From Lingula anatina (Eukaryota; Animalia; Brachiopoda), in NCBI GenBank assembly GCA_051362555.1, contig CM120647.1:11260651-11324650 (forward strand): a stretch of DNA of 64,000 nucleotides. The letters are read 5' to 3'. Below, one piece after another: positions 13,480 through 25,474 of the stretch (position 1 is its first letter; each line of letters opens with the position of its first letter). The notes beneath the pieces were generated by a model, which did not search any database, was not told the origin of the DNA, and saw nothing but the letters and a program-made list of their open reading frames with translations. A program made the translations under genes and the position numbers.

Positions 13480-16031
13480 ATAGTGTTAGAAAACTTAGTT
13501 TTAAAAATTCAGAACAATTAACGGCTGAATTCTACTTCCCTGAGAACTATTAGTATTTGTAACATATAATCTGCTATAAGAAGCTGCCACATGCAGTTAA
13601 GTTAATTTTTCTATTCTCTGAACATTTAAAACCTACAATGCTGTATTCTGTTCTTATCCTTAAATATCACCATGATTTGTTCAGCTTTCATAGACAACTT
13701 AACTGGAACATCTGAACTTGATCCTAAATCACCCTTGGCAACAAAAGTGTTGGTTTGTCAGTTTAAATTGGTAAGTGGACAAAAAATCTTTAAAAAGTCC
13801 TTCACAAATTCTGATGAAATTTTTGGAAATCACTGAAGGAGGAAAAGAGCAGACATCATTAAAATTCCAATTGGATCCTGGTCTCCTACATTTTATCTTT
13901 AAATACAGTACACAATATAAGTATAATTATAGACAAAATGAAACAAAACATTTTCCTTTTTTTATTCTTGGAAGAATCTCATTTGTATTGCATTCTAGCC
14001 TGTAGTATAATATGTTGCTGCAGTGTCGCAGTTCACAGTGTTATTTCTGCTTAATACCAATATTCATGAATACAAGAACTACCTTAAGTGGATATTGCCT
14101 ATCTGGAGTGTTTCTGCTTTCAGGTTACAAGTGGAGGTGATTTCATTTGTACATCATTAGCATATCATTTCCTGAAGTAGGTAGATTAGATTACGGTAAG
14201 TCTTTTAAAAGTACTTGGCTATATATATACAGTGTATGTACTAGTAAGGAATAATTAAACATATATTTTATGTATAAGTATTAAGCAGCTATGAGGAAAC
14301 TTCCTGTCTGGCTGGTTATGACAGCTCAAAATGCCAGATTGGACCTGCATGATTTTTAACATTGCAGGTCCTCTCAAATGGAAAGGTTTATGTAAAAATA
14401 CACTACATAAAACAAATTCCTAATGGAAATAACATTACAGTTTGGACCAGCACAGACTCAGAGAAACTGCAGAATTCTTGGAGTGTGCCCAAAATATTCC
14501 CCCATGTCTGTCTTTAGGGTTAATAATTGAAAAAAATCAATAATTTTAAAAGTGTGTTGAAATTTCAAAATAAAAAAGTGCTTCTGAAATGCTATTTTAC
14601 AATGGTTTCTGGCTTCAGAAATTATCTTTGGCTCTGTTCTCACAACTTTTAGATCGATCTATCACCGCGGGGAGTCTCACTAGATTACTGTCAGATAATC
14701 CCCCTTAAGTGTCCGTCCCCGCCTACTACAAGCTTTAAGGGGTAATAAACTTTCGTGTCCGCCCAGCTGACAGCTATTTAGCGTGAACCCCCAGGGAGTT
14801 AGGTCGATCCAATGTAGGTCGATCTAATCTATGAGAATGGGGTGTTTATGTTTGGTAAATAATTAAGGGTCTTTTTTTTTCAAATTTGATGGTCTGCAGA
14901 CCAAATACCACTAAATGGCCCTACTAAACTCTTAATTGTTATACATGGAAGAGAACTGATTATCTAGATCTCCAAGAAACTTGTAAACTGTTTCAGGTTT
15001 CACACTGCTTTTAAGGTATCAACCTCGATGCCATCAACTATACTGTCCTATGTGACAGCTGTAATGTTATTACAGACTTTTACAGTATATCAATCCCATA
15101 AATCTGTTGTCAAGTCATAAATGCATCAGTAGCACAATAATACCTGTCAGTGAATACAAAAGAAATTGAAACTGAAGGATAAGTAGAATCATCTTAGAAC
15201 ACCTGTAGATTAGTACAAACAAACAAAAGGATATGTAAAATCACCTCAGAATCCTGTAGATGAGCACAGGTGGAAAACTAGGTCTCCGGTGACATCAGTG
15301 CTGCCTGTGACGTTTTACTCGGTTGTCTACTTACATGTGCCTTCCAGCTACGGTACTAGTAACTAAATATTAGTCCAAGAAACAGCTGCAATATAATACA
15401 TGTACAATGAGTATACACTGTCAGTGATGGAAGCGAAGTGTCTTTTTTCCTGTAATTATGGTCACAAGGAATACACACAGTACCTAGCTGTTCCCGCTCT
15501 AGTATGTGACACAGAAAGATGGAGTTGCTGGAAATAAAAGAACTGCAATAATCACTCTATGGGATTCCCTGCAATGACATGTCCACATGGGCTTGTTACC
15601 TGTTTGTACTGGCTACATGCATGGCAGTATTGATTTCTGCTGCAAGAAGTTCTATAAGCTACAGCTGCCAATGAATACTCATTAGATACATGTGCTGACA
15701 AAAATAAATGAGGCAGAGAGAGGGCATTTATGAAGACAGCAATTTCAAGGTTGAGGTTTTTCTGAAAAAAAAAGCAGCCACTCAGTTGATTAACCTTGAG
15801 AAATGGCATACAACTTTCCATAGATATCTCTCTTTCTCTCTCTCTCTCTCTCTTTTCCCCAAAAGATTTTTTTAACCCTCCAAACCTATACATAATTTGC
15901 TCATTTGTAATGTCAATTTAACCACAACCAACCTATTTTCTGCTCCAAAGATTTTCCACCTGGAAACCCTCTAAAAAGGTATTAAGTGACTGTCCATATC
16001 TGATACATATGTAGCAACTACATGTCTCTAA

Positions 16032-16292
16032 GAGACCATGCATTCCCAGACCCTACCATACTAACTTTGGATCGCAGTATCACTGAGCGGATTCTCGCTT
16101 AATTGCAATTAACTTGGGCGGCTTAGATGTCTGTCACGCCTGCTGAGGCTGATAGGGGGTAATTAACAATTGTTTAACAGCTTTAGTGGTTATGGTCCTA
16201 GACATCTAAGCCGTTTGAGCTGAAAGCAATTTAGCGAGGGACCCCATGGAGAAGGACGGATGATGTTAGATCAATCCAGGGATGGGAAACCT
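16032..16292. mobile_element. Palindromic MITE, reverse copy of 11678-11934 family
   Basis: Shared arms GGCTTAGATGTCTGTCACGCC and GACATCTAAGCCG. Confidence 0.65.
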
Positions 16293-19200
16293 GTCTATAA
16301 AAACACAGTAAAAACCCTCACCATCTACCTGTACAGTACACACCCATCTATGCTTATTAGTATATAGATCTATATAGGTGTAGGTCACAAAAGAAGCTGT
16401 TATGTCATAATCCTCAATTATTCTGCAGGTCTACCATCAATAAAGTAGCAATCTACTGAATAAAGCTTACATCAGAACATGCAGAAAGACACGTATTAGT
16501 AAAGCACCCGATAATCTCGCAACCCAATGACTGTTCAAAGTCACCATGGAAGGTGAAATAAGTACATTTCTTTGCTAGATGATTGATGGCTTTCATCTAC
16601 ATGTGTGTGTATCTGGTCTAACTGTACATTTCTATTCTATTTATTATGCTAGTGAATTTTTATATCAGTAATTCTTACATGTACTAGTATTTGCCCATCA
16701 ATACAATATCAAAAAATATAGTACTAGTGACAAAACATGAGTTTGCTAATCAGTATTAATCACTTTTTGTATAACATAAAATTTAATAAAAAATATCTGA
16801 ATACTGAATTAAATTTAAAAAAGTAACATTCACTTAAAAGCAACATTCACAACATGCCATACTTACTAGTATTCTAACTCTGAACTTCAGCTTCATGGAG
16901 TTTCTTCACTTCGAAAGTAATTGTATGCTACTAAAATGGACTTGTTACAGCAGACATATTAGTACTTATAATTAGGTATGATATACAAGTATGATATATG
17001 AAAATGTGATAATTAATAAAGGAGCTGGACGTGGAAAACACCATCAATAGAACACATGCCAACCTTCCACAGCTGAAGCGTATATACTAGTACATATAAG
17101 AGCACTCAAACAAGAACAATATCAGTTATTTTCAGCACAACACAGCAGGCCTCAGGCAGTAATACCCACTTGTTGATGTTTTCTAGTCTTTTTCCTCTAT
17201 GCATGCAAAATACACTTATAACAATCTGTGATGTTATCCATTGGGGCTGGCCTACACCTAAGGCCATTAAAATTTTGTTTGGACCAGTAGATTTTTCAGA
17301 ATGTGCAAATTTAGTGGGCCAGTATGGCCATTCAATTTTTTTTTTTTTTTTTTTTTTTTGTTAGTTTTGAAAAGAGCTTTCAATTCAATTTAATTTTTTT
17401 CTGAAACATAACTGTTACAAGATGATTCTGAAAAAAAATTGATAAAATCAAGGTCTTGATATTGCTAGTGTACTAAATTGAAACAGAAGAACTGTCCAGT
17501 ACTAGTCTTATTGAATTTTTTTTTCTGACCAGTGAATCCTGATTCAGACTTGTATATTTTAGGAATATGAAAGTCCAATTTCCACTAAGCTGAAAAGTTC
17601 ATGGCACAGACTATGAGAGCATTTCTGATATGACTTAATTTTTTTTTCAATGCTAGATTGACAGGAAAACTGACAGCTATAGTATATATAAGCATGTCTG
17701 AGTGATGACAGTGACTCACTCCTACCTAGTACTGGTATTATACTAACTTTCAACTATATATCAGTAGGCAACAGCATCAAACATTCATAGCTCTGTTACA
17801 ACAGTTAATCTGGCACTGATGAAAATACAAAGTCATTTAACTGAGTTTCATACAGCTGCAGTATTTATCGAATCATCAATGACAATTCTCATTAAAAAAT
17901 GCCAAGATAAGACTTAATAAAGAAAGATTCTTGATTATTACTACTAAGTTAGTTTGCTATGTATACTAATGCCTTCATCTCCAGGGTATCAGAAAATTAC
18001 CATAAATTAAATAGTAAATGACGAAGAAATTGTCACATCAACTGCACAATTAGTCTTCTGTGAATTGCAATTATTACATTTGAATGGAATTAAGTGCATT
18101 TAAACACAATATTGCCCTATTTCAGACTGCAGTTATTGTAATGACTGCCAAGATGTCCTGGAAACCTAAAAAAGGTACCAAGTGACTGACCATATCTGAT
18201 AGCAACTCCATATGTCTCTAAAACACCATTCCCAGACCTATATCTACTGCAGAAGGAATTTACAACTAAGCTAATTGAGAGTATAGAATTACTATATATG
18301 CTTACCATGCTTCTACTGCCTATGACAGACATAACAATAAATATATAAGAGGTACTAAAGGTTAGATAATGCACAATATTAAACTCTGACATTTTCATAT
18401 TATAGGGGTAGGGTACCTAACCTACTCAAACCAAATGTAGGTTTCCTTTGCTCGGAACTCTCTGAATTGCCTCTGTTAGCTAGTACGTGTATGTATAATT
18501 TTAATGAGCCCTCTCCCCCCCCCCCCCCCCCCCCCCCCCCGCCTCCCCCATCCCCACAGATAGGCTATAAGTTCATCACTATTATACATGTTTTGATATA
18601 TTAGATTTAATATTATTATTAGCAGGTTATGCTTTAATTAATATAAACAATCATAAATAGCAACCAAACTTGTAGGCAATGAGTCAGTGACTAATAACAA
18701 TATTTATTCCTTTGTTTGCTAAATATTACAACAATTAAATAATAGACTAGAGTAGACTTGACTAGAATATATATTTTTATCAAGAAAGGGGGCTATACAA
18801 CTTTTTTCAAATTTTGAAGTAGATTGTGTGACATATTGTATTTTATGCATTCAGGCACAAAAGTGAGTCTGTGAGTTACTCTGAGGTCTAGAATTCGGTT
18901 CAATTCATATGTTAATTGTCATCATTTTCACCTCAATAATCAGGGTGATATTCCTCAGTAGATGTGGGTACCCTGTCACACAGGTGAGTCACTGTTTGCT
19001 GCCAGCTTAATTACAGTAACAGAGTGCCCTGGTATACCCACGATGCTGTGAGAAAGAAGGCTGCTTTCCCCACAGCAAATGAAAATAATCATGATTGTTA
19101 CTATAAACTAAATCAACTTATTTGTCTATAATCATTTTACATTTCTACCTTTTATGATTACATATACTCAAGGTTACTTTTGTTAAGATTATTTTATAGA

Positions 19201-19383
19201 ATATAGGATAATTGCACTTATAACAACTACTAGTAGTTTACATCATGATGTGCTGTGCCTCAGGGCATTCCAAGGAAAATACAATTGCAATTAATTTAAA
19301 TTTTATCCATGATATAAGTCAATTACAACTGAGCACTTGTCATCCTTGAGTCAGTAGCTATCTGGACTTTGCTGCGATAATTA

Positions 19384-19632
19384 CACTGTATGTAGTAAGT
19401 ATACTGACAGTCAATGAAAATGCATCAGAAAACTTTCTTGTACTTTTTACCGAGAATCAATTCCAACCATATAAACGAGTACAAATGCACTTGTTTGGTC
19501 TTGTTTGACTGAATAATGGGTCATATTTCACAAGAAAACTGTTATTTTCTTTATGTTCCAAAGTACTTAAAATATTAGTTGATAAATAAATGATGCATTT
19601 TCATTGACTGTCAGTATATTTCCCATACAGTG
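19384..19632. mobile_element. MITE with CACTG...CAGTG termini (CACTA/EnSpm-like)
   Basis: CACTGTATG...TATACTGACAGTCAATGAAAATGCATCA pairs with TGATGCATTTTCATTGACTGTCAGTATA...CATACAGTG. Confidence 0.65.
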
Positions 19633-20082
19633 CGCAACCTGTGTTGTAACTAGTCTGAAAACAGAAATCAACAGCAGGAACTCAGGGTGAAGTCAGCTTA
19701 TCATTACAATATCTCAGTACACATCTAAGCTGCTTTCTACATGACCCTTACTCCAATAAAATAACTTTGTGATAGATCTGAGTGAAGATATATTGCAAAG
19801 ATATTGATCCCTTGCCCATCATGAGAGAAATGACTCACTCCCTCATCTTTGGAACTGTTTGGTTGTTTTGCTTTATATTGGACTGACACTCTGGTATCAA
19901 ATAAAATGCCTCTTACTTTTATACACTGTATCCTGGTTTCCATACAACATATTGTATCGCCATCTTTTCTGTAATCTACCCAATGCCAGGAGGAGGCGTT
20001 TTTATCTATTAAATGTAATCTGTTGATGCGAATTAATGCATTCAGTGAGAGTCCTGGCAGAGTGAGTTGGAACTACCTAGTA

Positions 20083-20258
20083 AAGGCCCATGGCCAGGGG
20101 GGGTTCAGGGGGTTCAAAAGTACCCCCCATTTTGCTCGGAAAAAGGTCCCCTTAGGGAAAAATTTTATCTAAGTACACAAAGGTTTCATGGTAAAAGGTT
20201 CACCTTTTAAAAAAAAAGAACCCTACTTTTGAAATTACTAGCTACTAGTACGGGCTTG
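20083..20258. mobile_element. Short non-autonomous DNA element with 5-bp TSD (TAGTA); family member at 48053-48227
   Basis: AAGGCCCATGGCCAG...TACGGGCTTG flanked on both sides by TAGTA. Internal sequence is shared with 48053-48227. Confidence 0.7.
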
Positions 20259-21654
20259 TAGTACAATAGCTTCAGCGACATTTGTGAATGCACCTATCAA
20301 GCTTTGAACACTCCAATGTAATGAACTACCCCTGGTATAAACTTCCAATCCAAGTCATGGAAAGTTGATAGGAAACACACCAATTGTAACTTCAAACCAA
20401 ATTTCATACTAACTTGGTCTCCACACCAGCATTATTGTACATATGGGTAATTAGAATACATGTTTGAGCAGAAAATCAGCAAATTTTTCCACCAAAAAAA
20501 TGTTTAAGGAAAATATTTTTCTTATTCACAAATCAATGCTTTACCCATCCCTGTTCAACATATTTTACTTTATTTCTAATTCAAGTATTTAGTCCTAAAA
20601 GACTGGTCTGTCACTTAGACTGCTATGTCTTCCTGAACATTTTAGAAGGAAATATCAAGATCAAGCATTTTATTTGAGGGGTTTAATCAAACTTTTATCA
20701 TGTTTTATTATTATTATTATATTGTATATTATTTTCATTATTATATTAGACTTTTCACTAAATTTAACAGGTGTTGCAAAAAAAGAAACTTGATAAATGA
20801 TTTCTCCTGATACAAATTTGGCCTGTGTGTATCAAAATCATCTTGTAGAACTCCACTAGAGTAGTGTATACATCCACCAGGTGTTATAACAGCTGATAAG
20901 GCAACCCATACTATGGTAACACAGAAATCGTAATCAAAGTGTGGCTGAGTCATTAAACAAGATCCTATACTGCATGAACGCCATGGATAATTCTTATTTG
21001 CTTAGGTTTTTATCTCAGCTGACCTGCTCATTTTCCTTTAAAACAGTAAAGATAAAGGCTCCAAAGAGATTAATATTGCTCAATATGGTACAAGTACTCG
21101 AATATGCATGGGATCTGTATAAATTTTCACTTTTATTTTTTAATTTACTGGTATTTCATTTGTTTCTTTCTCAAATTCGCATTTGCCCCAAAGAGTTTCC
21201 CTTTCCTGTTTCTCCTCTCTAGATTTTTGTCTTTACGTCATCTTTCATTTCATTTCTAGGTGCTGATGACCTTATAAGTTGTACATTTTGTTGTACTCGT
21301 ACTTTGTTTACACATCCTGAACTGCAACACTTCTAATTATTCGTCATGGCGATGCAGCATTTCCATATTATATACATATTGTTATCCGTTTAACTCCAGC
21401 AGACGCCTATTAAACGCTACAGTTCATTTTACTAGTACCAGCAGCGCTGGCAGTATTTTGCTAATCGGCCGCAGTGTTTAATCAGCTGAGGACGTGTGGC
21501 CTTATTAATATTATCCTGAGCCAGGGACGCACGCACAGAAAACCACCTGTTTCTATCTATGACACTGTCACAGTCAACAGTCATTCAATAAATTCAGCTA
21601 CTGATCAATGTATCAACATATTTTTGCCGAATGAAGGCTGAAATGATCACTCAC

Positions 21655-21830
21655 CTCACTGTCCTCTCAAACAGGACGCGGCATTTCCTCCACGATTCTA
21701 AACCACCGCGATAGCAGTCGACATGTCCTCACTACGACCTCAGTTGACCTTGTAACCGCAACCAATCAAACTCCTTGAAACACGGCCACGTTGCGGCTGG
21801 ATGACGTTTCCATTACATTATTTTATTGGT
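21655..21830 (-). promoter_or_regulatory. Probable first (non-coding) exon and promoter of the left minus-strand gene
   Basis: Minus-strand donor GAG|GTGAGT at 21655, CCAAT (~21762), TGACGT (~21802) and ATTGG (~21825). Sits at the apparent transition from CpG-poor to CpG-rich sequence. Confidence 0.45.
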
Positions 21831-22346
21831 TCTTTTTCCCATAGTTGGAAGCGCACAGAGAGATAAAAAATAACCTAATATTGAATATCATATGTAGTAA
21901 AATTGATTCTAGTTACCAGAGCTTGATACAGGCCTTGTAGTTTGTTTATAAAGCATTTTAACACTGGCGCTAGTGTTTAAGATAGGCCGCTAAAGAAACT
22001 AAAATCAATTAAGGAGTTCCAACAAGACCTCCTTGCTAAAATACAGGAAAGACTGGAAGTTATCGCTGTACATAATACGTTTAAATGGGCTTCAACAGAA
22101 TGCTTCTGTTGTTCCCTGGGACGTGTTTTACATATAACAAAAAGTTTTTAAAAATGAAATAATGCTGTGCAAATCAAGCTGAGGTCATTTTTAAGTTATT
22201 TACCTAACTGCAGTATAGCTAATAGTAAATTAAGATATGGGCCTACCTATATATGTAGAGAGAGGGAGAGATATTATAAATAACACAGTCATAACAACCC
22301 ACTTGTACCAGTAAAAAAATTCAACCTACATGTAGGCCTATAGTAG

Positions 22347-22377
<31 letters not shown>

Positions 22378-22549
22378 TCCCTGTATTCATTCTGACTTTA
22401 CATTCTCGCATTTGGCCAAATGTGTTTGTTGAGACCGACTCTGACTTCGAGTTCATTATAACACAATATGCCTGAGGGAAAACGACAAATCATAGGCTTT
22501 ACTTCGGCTGAGGAGTACCTGAAATTGCTTCGGCGAACCTTTCAGGTAT

Positions 22550-22917
22550 AACTAGAAATGCACTTGGAGAGCGTGACCTCCGCCGAAACAAATAATTAAC
22601 TAATAATTACCTATTAATTAATTATATTTAATTAAAATCTATTCAAAATTGATTAATACATGTAATTGGTGGATCAATACCAAAATTAAATCATTTCTTC
22701 GTTTGTCCATTTATGATATATCCTGAAAATTATATAATTAATTAATTTAATAATGGATCAGCATCAAAATCTATTAATTTCTTCCTTTGGCCATTCGTGA
22801 CTAATCATGATTTTTTTAAAAATCAAAATCTGTCATTACTTTTTGCGTAATTCTCTTCACAGACAAACAAACAAACGGCAAGCAAATCGTAACCTCCTCC
22901 ATTGTCAGAGGAAATAA
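22550..22917 (-). mobile_element. Short HINE/pearl-like element
   Basis: Starts AACTAGA with a short GGAG..CTCC stem, has two degenerate internal repeats and an ACAAAC microsatellite, and ends AACCTCCTCC...GAGGAAATAA. Confidence 0.5.
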
Positions 22918-22995
22918 CACGTAAACCCTTTTCATGCTTTTCATGCTATTAAAATATCTTAAGTCATTTCTATAAGGACACTGTGGGCTGCGTTA

Positions 22996-23028
<33 letters not shown>

Positions 23029-23682
23029 TTTTTTCTTTTCATCTCAACTGTTCTTTTGATGCAAATTGCAAGTTTGGGACACGTCGCCTAACCTAACTCA
23101 AAAGCAAATACTTGAGAAAACAAAGCACACAGCTTCCTTTTATTACGATCTAAGCCGCCTTCTGACTGGTATACCTGAACATATTATTTGCTCATACGCC
23201 AGCGGCCTCGCCACACTATACCTATAGCGCAAATAACTATACTATTTCAAAACCGCATTCCAAATCCTTTTATAACATTACAAGAGGTTCATTTGCATTT
23301 CAACTGACAACAAAAGCTGTCCAAAATTAAGTTGTTTCTTTAACCTGCTAGACACATTCAGTCAGTATTCAAGAGCCATTGCGCGTTTTAAACACATTGT
23401 GGCCGCTTTTGTTAAAAAAGGGGCGAGACCTTGAGAAAGTGGAAATTTACAGGCGCGTTTACACTAGACAAATTTTTGCTTGAAGATTTAAAAGAAGACT
23501 AGGGTCAACGTCGTCAATTTTTTTCTTTTGGGTACGTTGAAAGGTATTGCAAGTATAATCTGAAGATGGCTGAAGCTGAGGACACTCAATGAAGTAAAGT
23601 CTATCCATTAACTGAAAATTTCTTGGTTGAAAGCGGATCATTGTTCAATATAAAATCAAATCCATGTAATTGGGCCAGCTAT

Positions 23683-23940
23683 GGTCCCATTAGCATTGAC
23701 ACCATCGGTCTACGTGAATCGATCCAACTCTTGGGAGGGTGGCTTTTAGGGGGGACTCAGCTTAACTGAATGACCCTCCTACTTCAGGTGATAAGTAGAA
23801 TATAAAAATCTGGTGGTTTTACGAGGGCGTTGAAAAAAAGAGGAGGCGTGTCATTCAGTTAAGCTGATTGCACTCAGCGAGAGTCCCAGCAGAGTTGGGT
23901 CGATCCACGTAGACCGATAGTGACTATGGGAATTGGGGCC
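23683..23940. mobile_element. Palindromic MITE with 3-bp TSD TAT
   Basis: ATCGGTCTACGTGAATCGATCCAACTCT / AGAGTTGGGTCGATCCACGTAGACCGAT arms, with TAT on both flanks. Confidence 0.75.
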
Positions 23941-24341
23941 TATAACAACAGTGGATTTGACGCTTTTCATCAAACAGATGCACAAGAGTCTCGGTCCTGG
24001 TGAACGGCTAGTCCGATCCACTGTGTTCAGTGTAAACATGTAATTTAGCCTAAGGTAAATAAAAAACCTGTACGTAGCGCTTCGACACAAGAAGAGGTCA
24101 CATAACATTTTGCCTGTGCTGTCAAGTCTGCACTACCTGCTGTTCATTTGGACGCAGTAGATACAGATATTTGCAAATGTGAAAAACGCCTCTACATATT
24201 TAAACCACAGCAGAATTTATCTCTTGCTGAGACACTGAGAGGTTGTCAAGTTTACACGAGATTAAAGCGAGACAAGATTGAGGCGAAGTAAGGCCCGAGA
24301 AAGTCTGCCCTGATTTGAAAGTTTTTATTTACGACTCTGTT

Positions 24342-25179
24342 ATGGCGACTGAAGGACAGTTTTCGTCCATTGAGAAGGTATGTCAGATTAATAGTTTCTC
24401 AAAGTAATAGTTAAATAATTGACCAATAGTTATGAAACGGCGAACAATTTCTTCATTGCTTCGTAGAACAATTTAATGCACGTCACTGGGAAATTATTGC
24501 AATTAAGAGACAGTTCGCAATGAGTGACATGAAGGTCGCACTTGTTAGTGCGCTTTAACTTGGTGGGGACTCTCGCTGAATGTAATAAGATTAACAGACT
24601 AATTATGGGAAATTATTGCAATTACGGGACTACGATGACTAACATAAAGGTGGCACTCTTGTGCGCACTAATTTCGAGGGGACTCCCGCTAAATGCAATT
24701 AGATTGACAGACCAACAAGCATCCTCCGTTGATTAGAATATCGAGAGGCTGGTGATAATCAGCTTATTGATAACAAGGAGTTATCTGTTATCTGTTATAA
24801 CTCCTTGTTGATAACAAGATCGACTTAGTAAGGCGTTAATTAATAACCAAGTGGACGATTTTATGACCATATAATATTGGACGTAATTAGCAAAGTACTG
24901 ACGACAAGATCTGACGCAGTACTCTAATATCATTTCTCTTCAGATGGATCCGTATAACAGGGGGCTAGCACCCTCGGAGAAGAAGAAGAAGAAATTTCAT
25001 TTCCACGACACGTCCACCTTCTCCATCGTGGCGGGGGTGATCTGCGGACTGGTCCTGCTGGCACTTGTGATAGTGCTGATCCTGGGGAGTGAGTCATCCG
25101 TCACCCACCCAGCCACCCACCCTAAATTCTCCACCCCACCCCCACCCCCTACCCCTCTTTTTTAGCCTCCCATCCCCAT

Positions 25180-25222
<43 letters not shown>

Positions 25223-25427
25223 GGCTGCATTCAGAACAGCAGACTTAACTAGTCCGCGGGCTAAATATGGCGACCGACTAAAAAGCTTGGCGTCGAATCC
25301 GCTAATAGACACTGAATAGATTCCCCGTGGGGAAGTATTTTAGTGGGTCGGCCATATTTGACCCGTGGACTAGTTAGTCCGCTGTTCTGAATGCGGCCTA
25401 TTACAGGGGTAACATGCTTACCTCCAG

Positions 25428-25474
<47 letters not shown>

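Noticed and set aside
18516-18540. Poly-C/poly-G tracts (also ~22348, 36090, 37947, 47966, 50873) as functional G-quadruplexes
   Set aside because: They are frequent simple homopolymers in this genome with no positional evidence of function.
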